A DNA stretch of 64,000 bases, from IMG/VR virus record IMGVR_UViG_3300018080_000112, positions 32,001-96,000 of that record, one strand, 5' to 3'. This DNA comes from a virus. Below the pieces are notes generated by a model. The model was not told the origin of the DNA, searched no databases, and worked only from the letters and a program-made list of their open reading frames with translations. Positions 13,542 to 23,388 of the stretch are shown here, piece after piece. Position numbers and translations under genes: made by a program. The number at the start of each line of letters is the position of its first letter. The stretch's first letter is position 1.

Positions 13542-13687
13542 TCTTCTTCTGTTCACCACGCTGTTTCGTATTCCTTTACACATGGATTTTACTGCTTCAC
13601 AGGCTATTGCCGTTAACGGTCTTACATAAGCCTCCACAGTCAGAACCGTCATATTCAGCCGGTTATAGAACTTAATACTCATCTTCT
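13542..13687 (-). ncRNA. TnpB omegaRNA-derived scaffold / tracrRNA-like RNA, copy 1
   Basis: Directly 3' of tnpB. The minus strand reads CTGTGGAGGCT..GTAAGACC..AGCCTGTGAAGCAG, resembling IS605 right-end RNA scaffolds, then an anti-repeat GTAAAATCCATGTGTAAAGGAATAC (13568-13592). Confidence 0.75.
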
Positions 13688-14835
13688 AAAACAGTGACGC
13701 CTTTTTGTTTTAAGATAGACGCCGCTTCTTTCCTTATGTTGATTGCTGCATTGATGTCGCGGTCATGTTTTACACGACAACAAGGACAGGTCCAGTTTCG
13801 AACAGAAAGAGGGAGTTTGTCTAACACCTCGCCGCAAACATAACAAGTTTTGCTGGAAGGAAAAAAACGATCAATTTTCACAAGGTGACCGCCGGTTCTC
13901 TGCATCCGCGTCTCAATTCTAGTTCCAAAAGCGCCCCAACTGGCGTCTGCAATCGCCTTTGACAATTTTCTGTTCTTTTGCATGTTCTTTACTTGCAAGG
14001 TTTCCAATCCCACAGCTTGTACGTCTTTCAATGTTGCTGCAATCATCTGGTGTTGATATGTCTCTCGCTTATTTGCAACCTGTGCTTCTCTCTTTGCGAC
14101 AACAATACGAGCCTTTTCTTGGTTTTTTGACCCCTTCTTCTTTCTGGAGTATTTGCGCTTCTTTCGCCGTAAATTATCTTGCGCTTTCTTCAAGAACTTA
14201 GGATTGTCAACCTTCTCTCCCTCAGACGTAATGAACAAGTGAGTCAAACCAAGGTCAAGACCCACAACATCATCAACTTCCGTTAATTTTTTCGGATACT
14301 TCAAACCATCATCAATCAACAGAGACATGTAATACTTAGCTGTAGAAGCTCTTTTTAGTGTACATGTCTTTATCTTTGCGCCGTCTGGAATATTGCGATA
14401 AACATTTGCCTTTACCCATCCGATCTTTGGAATCCAGACCCGTTTATAATCATCTGATACACGAACACCACAAGGATATCCTGCAGACTGACAATGGTTA
14501 CTTTTTTTCTTGAATTTTGGAAAATTGGCGCGTCCTTCAAAGAAGTTAACAAACGCACGATGGAGATTCATAACAGCCTGATTCATCACATCACGCGGCG
14601 CTTTTCGTAGCCACGGATTCTTTTTAATCAAGTCATTCAACCGCCGCATCATGCTATGTGCGTCTACTTTGACCCGCAAACGAATTTTTTCACCCGTGAA
14701 AGGAGATTCTTTATAGATCATCTTTCGCCATGCCAGCATATTATTAAATACCCAGCGTGACACATCAAAATGGTCCTGGAATTTCAATTTTTGTTCCTCT
14801 GTTGGTTTCAGTGGAACTTTGATTCCATACATCAT
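13672..14835 (-). CDS. tnpB: TnpB-family RNA-guided endonuclease (IS200/IS605 OrfB), CRISPR-associated
   Basis: OrfB N-terminus 'KVPLKPTEEQK..SRWVFN', 'FPKFKKK', RuvC-I 'VGLDLGL', RuvC-II 'GLETLQVKNM', zinc finger CYVC..CPCC, RuvC-III 'HDRDINAAINI'. Start MMYG at 14835 with a GGAGGAG RBS; 387 aa. Confidence 0.95.
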   Translation of the reverse strand: MMYGIKVPLKPTEEQKLKFQDHFDVSRWVFNNMLAWRKMIYKESPFTGEKIRLRVKVDAHSMMRRLNDLIKKNPWLRKAPRDVMNQAVMNLHRAFVNFFEGRANFPKFKKKSNHCQSAGYPCGVRVSDDYKRVWIPKIGWVKANVYRNIPDGAKIKTCTLKRASTAKYYMSLLIDDGLKYPKKLTEVDDVVGLDLGLTHLFITSEGEKVDNPKFLKKAQDNLRRKKRKYSRKKKGSKNQEKARIVVAKREAQVANKRETYQHQMIAATLKDVQAVGLETLQVKNMQKNRKLSKAIADASWGAFGTRIETRMQRTGGHLVKIDRFFPSSKTCYVCGEVLDKLPLSVRNWTCPCCRVKHDRDINAAINIRKEAASILKQKGVTVLEDEY

Positions 14836-14873
14836 AATCTTCGATCTCCTCCGGTTACAAAAGCACATAAAAC

Positions 14874-15084
14874 CTTATATCCCCATGTATATGGGGAATA
14901 CCTCAACCCTTCATCATCTGGGTCAAAGAGTAGGGGAATATCCCCGTGTATATGGGGAATACTCGCCGATTGGCCTGTGTGGTGAAGTCAAGTCGGGAAT
15001 ATCCCCGCGTATATGGGGAATACTTCCTGGTCCACTTTTTGTTCCTCTCGCTGGTCGGAATATCCCCGCGTATATGGGGAATAC
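14874..15084 (-). CRISPR. Mini CRISPR array 2: 4 repeats, 3 spacers
   Basis: Repeats at 15057-15084 and 14996-15023 (GTATTCCCCATATACGCGGGGATATTCC), 14935-14962 (..ATACACGGGG..) and a degenerate copy at 14874-14901. The 33-nt spacers all differ from those of array 1. Confidence 0.95.
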
Positions 15085-15230
15085 TCTTCTTCTGTTCACC
15101 ACGCTGTTTCGTATTCCTTTACACACGGATTTTACTGCTTCACAGGCTATTGCCGTTAACGGTCTTATATAAGCCTCCACAGTCAGAACCGTCATATTCA
15201 GCCGGTTATAGAACTTAATACTCATCTTCT
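15085..15230 (-). ncRNA. TnpB omegaRNA-derived scaffold / tracrRNA-like RNA, copy 2
   Basis: 146-bp direct repeat of 13542-13687 with 2 substitutions. Includes the last tnpB codons (EDEY*) and an anti-repeat at 15111-15135. Confidence 0.75.
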
Positions 15231-16270
15231 TAAACGACCACACCAGGTGCAATACTGTTGACCATACTCACCGGGCGCTCGACTCTTGACCCAACTGTGA
15301 AATCGTCCTGGAACAGGATGGTTCGAACACACCTCGTTATCACAAGGGAAAAAATCATCCACTTTTTCAATTCTTTCCTTCCAGGTCCCATCTGGCTGGA
15401 GTTCCTTGAACACACGCTTTCCTGGCTTGCCTTTAGGTTGTTCAATAGATGCCACCACAGCATCCACAATCTCCGCGTCTTCCATAGGTTCCGTATTCTC
15501 AGCCAGACCAGAAAACGGGTCCGTGTCTCTCGACAAACCGCCGGGTCGGAAATCAAGAGGCATCTGCACCTCTGGCGGCTCGCGGTCTCCAAACAACTCT
15601 CGAATAGGAGCCAGGACCTCGTTAATGTGTGGGCGCACCGCATCTTCCGCTTCACGTAGCACTTGACGCGCCATATCTGCAACTTTCAGGTCCTTGTCTC
15701 CCGGCGGAAACTCACCGCGCCGAGAGAGGCGCTTATAAGCCGCAACAATAGGTTCATCACCGGAAGGGTCTTCTGGTACTTCCCACAACGACAAAGGTCT
15801 CTTAGGAGACTCTGGCGGCTCAATTTTGACCTGTTTCGGTCGTATGAAACGCAGATCAAACTCATCTTTGCCTGTAGAGATCTCATTCATCTCCTTCACC
15901 AGGTCTTCAATCAAAGAACCACTTCTGTTCCGACTCATCTCTCAGGCTCCTTTAGCAATCCAGCGGCTCTTTTGTGAAAAGCAAAACCATTGGCGACTCC
16001 GCTCGCTGTTCTTGCAAAAGCTGATGCAAGACCAGAGCCATAGCACCAGTAAAGACAGGGGGACCAATAAGCTCTCCACACTCATCCACTACATCTTCAC
16101 AAAGCTCATCCAACCGTCGCTGAACACCCTTGATCAATTCTTCAGCTTCGTCCTCTTCCTGGAGTTCTCTCAAGTACACATGAGAAGCACCCAACAACAA
16201 CTTCAAGAGTTCTTGTCCCTCATCCAGGATCTTCTCAATGTCCAGCGCACCGTCATCCAGAGAATACTTG

Positions 16271-16525
16271 TCAGTCACCTTGTTGTCTTTCATGATCACT
16301 TCTCCGCACCGAAAACGATGCACTCTTTGTTTTGCCCACAGTCACTTCATGGTCACCCACCGGTAAAGTCTGACCAAGCTTGGTTATCTTCCGCTGGTCA
16401 ACCGACACAGCGCCTTGTGCAAGCAATCGCCGGGATTGGCTTACACTCTGCGTCAAGCCAATTTCACGAAGCATCTGTTCAAGTATCTGGTCTTCTTCGA
16501 ACTCTTTCTTTTCTTGTTCTGTCAT
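16271..16525 (-). CDS. Stand-alone S4-type RNA-binding domain protein (TyrRS C-terminal-like)
   Basis: 'LREIGLTQSVSQSRRLLAQGAVSVDQRKIT..LPVGDHEVTVGK' matches the S4 pattern GL..S..eARRLI.QGAV.vdg.ki. Confidence 0.65.
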   Translation of the reverse strand: MTEQEKKEFEEDQILEQMLREIGLTQSVSQSRRLLAQGAVSVDQRKITKLGQTLPVGDHEVTVGKTKSASFSVRRSDHERQQGD

Positions 16526-18961
16526 CGTAGAACCTTTCGTTGATGTTAGTAGAGACACACCTTTTTCCAAAGCTCTACCACTAAAAATTCAAAATTATGG
16601 TTTTGGTTGTGGATCATCCCCCCACAACAGATCCGCCGCCTTCTTGATGTTCTCTTGATGTTTCTCCGGTGACCAGTCCTTCTTCTTTCTGGTAATCGGG
16701 TCAAACCAGTCCACACGAAACAGAGAGTTCAACAACATGGCGAGAACAGAACCTTCCTTCTCCGACAACAACAAACGGTCATGAAAAAACCGCAACATTT
16801 TTTTCATCAACCCGTGTGATGGTTCGTCAATTTGCTCGTATAGCTTATACAGCGCATCAGCATCCACCAATAACGACATCGCAGATGATTGCAGTTTTCC
16901 AGACTCCGGGTCTGGCGGAAGCAAGATCGGAACAATCTTGTACGTCGCATTGTCCAGCCCCCGCGAGCCATCCGCGCCGCGATACTCCCGATCCATCCAA
17001 GCAAGCGCATCCTCCGGGCTATCAAACAAACACCGCCGTCCGTGATCGGGTCCGTCATGACCCCAGACACCCTTCCATACCAGCAATAGATACTTCATCT
17101 CGCTCTCCTTTTAGGACCCTATTGATAATAAACACTCTGATCTGGAGAACTAAAGCTTTTGTTTTTCATGAGAATCTCTCTCCAGAATCAAAGTGTTTAT
17201 TTTAGGCTGTTGACTTACCTCTGAATAACAGTCAACCCCGTTCCGTAACACAGACTCCAGGGGGACCAATCCGCCCAATATGCGTCAAGATTTTGATCTT
17301 TGCCTTTGGCGGTTTGGCAAACCCATGCCAGCGCTGGTGGATCTTGCTCAGAACATCCTCTTCGCTCATACAAGCCTCATCTGTGAACTTGTAGCCGCGC
17401 CCTTTTGTGTTCTTCCAGACATGCAAGCCATCATGACCTTCTTTCAACAGACACCGGGTTCCAAACATCCCATGACGGGATTGACACTGTTGATCTGACA
17501 AGCGAGCTTGCTCTTCCTCCTGGTACTTCCCTTTCCAGTTCTCCGGCGTACCTGGAACAAACTGTTCACAGGTCTCACAAACATGACCATTCCCTTCCAT
17601 ATCCCCCATCACAGGACCCGCACAAGTCAAAACTTGGTTCAGCGGTGGTCCCCCCGTCATACGCTCCCCCGTGAAAAAGGGAGACATTCGACAAAACCAT
17701 CGGCTCGGTAATGGTGCGCTCATATCCTCACTCCTGTCTAAAAATGCGTTTGAATTGTTCAAAGGAAATGATGTCGCCAGCTTGCGGACCCACATGGAAA
17801 CGAGATTTGAGAATCTTGACCATCCCGTTGTCATCCAGTGCGCAGACCTCCGCTTTTGCGACAATCTCATAAGAGCCGCCAACATCCACATCTGTGATCT
17901 CTTTCAGCGGTTTGTCTCTTGCAGATTGTCGTAGATCAGACCTGTTCAATAGTTTGAGCGCCATCTTATTTCCTTTCCTTGAATGTATGTGGTTTGTCTT
18001 TCTCCGGTACGATGTGGATTTGATAGTTTCCACGATGTGGCGGAGGCAAGAACACACGGATCACGTCATAGTGTTCCGAAAAGTGTTCGCCGCTCGCTCG
18101 TAAGCTCTCTGTGTCAAAATGAATCCGTTCCAGCAACTCCATCAACAAGCCGCTGAGACGCATTGAATCAGTGATCTTCATCTGATGTTCGTAGGGGCGG
18201 ACCTCCGCGATATCCTCACAGAACTCATCCATCTTCTCTTGAAGTGCAGCTTCGCGCTCTTTGAGACCCGCAAGCTCTCGCTCTTTGTGGCGAATCTCTA
18301 TCTCCATCATCTCGATTTTGTAGCGCTGTGTTCGTATTTCCTGCGCCAAGTGCTTGGAGGTCCTGTGTAATAGATTGATCATGACTTCCTCCCTTCAAAG
18401 AACTGCGACCACTCTTCCAGGTCTCGTTTGACGCAATCAAGAGCACCAGAGTGCCGAAGAGCGCCGCGTAGCTCACCATCCGAGAAGTAGGTCTGAGCGG
18501 TCTCCAGAATCGCCGTCACGATGTTCTGACGGTCTCCTGTGAGGGGATGCGCCTCCATGTGTTGCTTGAACTGTTCTTGAATGGCTTGCAGAGTCTCTTG
18601 ATCAATCATGATCACACCTTTGGTTGATAGTGTTGACAGTTGCAGAGTTCGCCTTCTCCGACCTTCTTCACACAGCCTTGATCCCAATGCGCCACCTTGC
18701 GATGTCCACACTCCGGACACCATTCGTAACCCATAGCGCAAGGACGGGCGCAGATACCGAACACCGTAATTTCTCCCCCGCTCCCTAGCCAGCGGCGTAC
18801 CAGATCGTCACCCTTCCAATGACTCGGCATCTTCAATTGACAGCGGTCCAGCCCGGTCCCAATCTCGACACATAAAGCGTTCGCCGGTCGTCTCTCTGTC
18901 TCCATCGCGAGGCGATATTGACATGTGTTGGCGAACTCACTGAAGGCTTGCGCATCTGGTT

Positions 18962-19189
18962 TCATGACTCGTCATCCTCATCTTTATACGGCGGGGCGAT
19001 CTGCAAGTGAACCAACCCCACTTCATCCGGCTCTTCGTCCGTATATTCCACCAGACCCAACTCTTCATCTGGAAACTTTTCCGCCATGAAAGTATGAGCA
19101 CACGCGGTCATCTTCTCGATCATCTCCCGCGCCAGCGCTTCCTGGTTCTCGGGAAAGTAGAGATAGAGTTGAAACAGCTTGTCTTCCAT
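18962..19189 (-). CDS. Small acidic protein, paralog 3 of a tandem triplet
   Basis: MEDKLFQLYLYFPE..VHLQIAP, similar to the two upstream ORFs. Confidence 0.65.
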   Translation of the reverse strand: MEDKLFQLYLYFPENQEALAREMIEKMTACAHTFMAEKFPDEELGLVEYTDEEPDEVGLVHLQIAPPYKDEDDES

Positions 19190-19416
19190 CAGTTTGACTC
19201 CTCTTCTGGAACGATTTGAAGATGCATAGAACCGGTCTCTTCGCTCTCGTGAAAGGTCAGTGTTAGCCCGTCATGCTCTGGGTTCTTCATCTGTCCACTA
19301 AACACCGGGTCTTCGAACTTGGAGAGGGCATACTGAACCAGGTCATACACCAGTTGGTCACCGGGTCCGCTGTGCTCCTCCGAGAAGCAAACATGGATCT
19401 GAACTGTCCTCTCCAT
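19189..19416 (-). CDS. Small acidic protein, paralog 2 of a tandem triplet
   Basis: MERTVQIHVCFSEE..MHLQIVPEEESN. Confidence 0.65.
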   Translation of the reverse strand: MERTVQIHVCFSEEHSGPGDQLVYDLVQYALSKFEDPVFSGQMKNPEHDGLTLTFHESEETGSMHLQIVPEEESN

Positions 19417-19628
19417 CAGCTTGACTCCTCTTTTGGAACGATCTGCAAGTTGATTGCTTCGTCTTCATCCCTGTGGAAAACCAGCGCATGACCTTCGTTC
19501 TTTTTGTGCGCCGCTGGACCCTTGAACTGAGAGATGGCATAAGCAACCGTCTTGCGAACCAGGTCCTCACCAAGCTCGTTCTGTTCCTCAGAGAAACAAA
19601 TGTTGATCCGAATAACCTTGTCTTCCAT
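19416..19628 (-). CDS. Small acidic protein, paralog 1 of a tandem triplet
   Basis: MEDKVIRINICFSEE..INLQIVPKEESS, with a GAGGAG RBS and TGATG coupling at 19628. Confidence 0.65.
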   Translation of the reverse strand: MEDKVIRINICFSEEQNELGEDLVRKTVAYAISQFKGPAAHKKNEGHALVFHRDEDEAINLQIVPKEESS

Positions 19629-20047
19629 CAGCTTGACTCCTCTTTCAAGAGCTTTCGGCAAACATCCGCGCCATACTTACGATGAAGGTTGTCTCGGTGC
19701 TTCCGGTTCTGGTTCTGATCCCGCTCAACTCGATAGCGCTCTTGTTGGACCTCATACAACCGCTTTTTCAGAATCTCCTCCTTCTCACGAGCCTCATCCA
19801 GATCCTTCTGACTGGTCAAAGATCGACTCATCAACGCGGAGTACTTCAGAGCAACCGCTTGTTCGATCTCGTCCTTCTCCTCCGCGTGATCCTCTGTGAA
19901 CCCCCACGCCGGAACATGGCGCATCTTCCACTGTTGAACCAACTCTTTCCAGCGCTTGTGCTTCTCTGTGACCAGCTTTGTATAACTGATGTTTTTCATC
20001 GTTTCGTCTCCCGCTGATGTTAGGTCCTAACCCCGTGTGTTCGTGTA

Positions 20048-20533
20048 TTACTTTGCTTCCATGATCTGTTGCTGGCGGTCCTCGCTCCATCCCGCCGGGT
20101 AAGCCTGCATGGTACGATGAACCAGCTTTTGGGGGAGATCTTCGGCGAATTCAGCAAAGACACCTTCGAGGCGCTCTTTCAACTCGACAACCCGCTTGTG
20201 GGCGCGAATCTGCGCGTCAATGTAAGGTGCGTATCCCTCGAAGTGTAGCTTGGCGACCGCCTCTTGACCCGTCTCAGTCAGCCGGAAGTAATTAGCGATC
20301 TTTGTGGGGGAGGAGAACTTGCCAGCCTTGAACTCAATCAAGCCGCGTTTGGCGAGAGCTTTCAACGTAGAATCGAGCATCCAGCTTTTCCGACCATGCC
20401 ACAGACCAGGATGAACATGCGTAATCTTGAGAACGTCACGCATGGGTTCCGACAACTTGTGCGCCTTCACGGTGCGCTCGATATGGTTGTGATAAAGCTC
20501 TCGTTTTTGCTGCAGATAATCTTGAAAACTCAT
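20048..20533 (-). CDS. Hypothetical protein with a winged-helix-like motif
   Basis: 'STLKALAKRGLIEF..YFRLTETG'; lies downstream of the motif at 20586. Confidence 0.5.
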   Translation of the reverse strand: MSFQDYLQQKRELYHNHIERTVKAHKLSEPMRDVLKITHVHPGLWHGRKSWMLDSTLKALAKRGLIEFKAGKFSSPTKIANYFRLTETGQEAVAKLHFEGYAPYIDAQIRAHKRVVELKERLEGVFAEFAEDLPQKLVHRTMQAYPAGWSEDRQQQIMEAK

Positions 20534-23388
20534 GACCTGTTCTCCTGTGTCGGTCGGTTACAAAAAAGGAACGCTTAATCAGATGAGGGCAAGACTTTTT
20601 TCTGACTCACCCGGCGAACAACTTTTTGACCAAAGAGCGCCCCTTCTCTGTCAGTGAGAACCCCGGAAGAATACGACTCTCGTGTTTTTCAATCATCCCG
20701 CGCCGAACCAGCGCTTGCACTGTTACTGTCGATGTGCGAACAGGGATCATAATCCAGCCATTCGGATAGCTGTGACCTAATTCCAGAAGCTCAACCATGA
20801 ATTTTGACAGCTTGTTTTCTTTCTGAATTTCCGGGTTCATAACAACCTCCAATATTGTTCTGTGAATCAACCACGAAACAGCGCATCTTGCGCCGGTTCA
20901 AAGGTCGCGGAAGCATCCCAACAAATCTCTGCACAGACCAGATTCCCACGCCGTGACTTGAACTTTGGTGCTCCGCACTCTTCGCAATATTCCGTCTGGC
21001 GAACCGTCCCGTACACATCCCGCATGGTGTCTAATGTGCGCTGTACAATCGCCACGATGTGACCCGTACGATTGATCCGCTTCGTGCTTGCAAGCCCCTT
21101 GTCGCCTCTTGCACTGTGATACACAGCGCAGATCTTGATTGAATCCTGAGCGCAAGAGCGAACGGTGTATGTATTGGCGCGAATGGTCGAATAAACCAGC
21201 ACCTCTACATTATCCATCCCGTGAACCATGCGACCATAAACACGCTCGCGGCTCTTCTTATCTACCTTCTGATCAAAACCAGATTCGACCAGCATACGAT
21301 GAAGGGCGACCGCCAGCTTGCCCCTGTCTGCGCTGTCATGCGGTTTGTATCGGTTCGACATGTTCTTGCTCCCTGGAAAAAATAAATGACTCAACCAAAA
21401 CGAGGGCAAGACTTTTTTCTGACTGGATCGGATCGGCGGGTTATCGGTCTTCTGGCTCGCAACAGAACAAACAAACCTGGTACTCTGGATCATTCAGCGG
21501 ATCAAAGACGCAAACACCAACAGGACTCTCGGAACAACTCACATCAGAGTCCACAAGGTCATCGGGGTCCGGCTCGATCTCCCAATCCTGATATCCCACA
21601 TAGTCCTTCCAGCTATCAGAGTTGACCACAGCTTCCTTCAGGAGGTCATACAACTGTCGCTGGACCCCCTTTACAATTTCCAGACCCCGCTGATACCTGT
21701 TCTTGTAGTTCATCTCGACAGCGCCGTCTCCGTTGCTCCTGGACCCCTCTTCGAACACCTCAAGACCTATCGGCGACAAACGATAGTAACCAAACCCCTT
21801 CTCTTTGTTCTCTTCCACATAACTAAGCTGTTGCAGAAACTTGAATGTGCTGTGTTCCCCGTTGACCAACATCACAACTTGAAGACCATCCGCTTCGTTC
21901 AGCCGCTCCATCAATGACCACATCTGTGCTGTGATGACCCGAATACCACCCCGGTCAAAAACTCGTCTTACTCCGTCACCCGTCTCCGACATCTTTCTTT
22001 CCTTTCTTCCTCTTGTGGCGGTACACAACATGTTCGTTCTTGTACTTCTGCGGGTCCGCCAACTCTTCCCCATGTGCAAATCTGTAGTGGATCAACAACG
22101 CCGCTTCATCCGTCCGCCAGACCTTGCAACGCGGACATTCGTAATAAGTGATTTCGTGGCTCTCTTGTCCCTTGCTCATCCCGAAAACAACCCCTCTTCA
22201 CCTTCCTCTTGCCATTGTTTTGTGACCCCTACCAAAGGCATATCTTTTCCTATGATCTTCTTCACCAGATGATCCGTCACATGATCGTACAGCCTGTCTA
22301 CATCTGGTTGTCCAGGATCACGGTCCACTCCATCCTCCGCTGTGTAACGCCACCGCAATTTTTCGAAATCATACAAGATGATCTCTTCATTGTACGCCTT
22401 CCCATTGACCTGAAAGACCGCCATCAGCGTCTCCCTGGCACACCAGGCAATCACCGGTATATCTCGCGTTCGAAACTTCACCATCAACACCAGCTTGTTC
22501 CCGTCTTCTCGACACTCCTCCAACGTCAACCCGTGCATTCTCAGCTTGTTCTCAAACTGCGCCGTGATCTTCCGGGTGGAGATAGGTCGCCACATACGCC
22601 CCAACCCGTTCCGGAGACACCGCTTGCAGACCCGATACCCCCCTGGTCTTTCCTCTGGGGTCCAAACCTGGTCACCCGGTCGAAAAGCACGGTTTCCGTC
22701 GCACCACAGCGGTTGCCACACTCTCTCTACGTTGAACTCTTTCGGAATGTACGGACCCCAATACGAACCGATGTGAAGAATATCCCCCTTACTTCCCCGT
22801 TGTTTCACAAATACCATCTCTTGTTTGTTCATCTCGCAATCCCCTGTAACAGCATCATATATGCTCCCGCCAAACCAGCGGAACCTCTTCCACACAAACG
22901 CCACGACAAAACATCAACGTACCCGGAGAAACCGGTATATCTGGATAACAGCGCTTCGCGAACTGAATCAGTTGCTTGTAGAACGCACTTTGCTTGTCCA
23001 TATCCTCCGGGTGTTGCGCATCATACTCAGCTTCCCATTGGCGCAAGTCATCCAACAAAGAACCCCACTTGTCCCGCAACTCAAACGCCAACTCCCGATC
23101 TATCGTTGCATAGAAGTGCATACAGGTCTCGTAATCGTATCCGTTCACCAGATAGACCACCGGTCCACTTACGTCTGTTTCTTTCTTGTCCATCACCAGC
23201 TACCCAAAACGCTCTTCAATTCCATCACCGAAATCGAATCCGAAGCGATCTCCTCCGGATAAATCATTCCATCACCCTGGTACATCAACTTGACATTCAA
23301 GGACTGACTCGACATACCACCCTTGTCCAATGAAATCTCCAGTGACAAACTCCGAAAAGCGCTCTTTATCGCTTCTTCCACTTCGTGC

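Noticed and set aside
13304-13682. ORFs 13304..13675 (+), 13371..13682 (-) and 13435..13629 (+)
   Set aside because: They run through the CRISPR repeats and scaffold; the repeated peptides (IPMYMGN, SPCIWG) are artefacts of the repeats.
13672-14868. Calling the tnpB locus an intact IS200/IS605 element
   Set aside because: No tnpA or serine recombinase is adjacent and no transposon-end hairpin is evident; the position of the right end is occupied by the anti-repeat and the array.
14770-15252. ORFs overlapping array 2
   Set aside because: Same artefact as for array 1.
22209-23333. 374-aa + strand ORF and other long + strand ORFs
   Set aside because: They are antisense shadows of tightly packed minus-strand genes and show no recognisable motifs.
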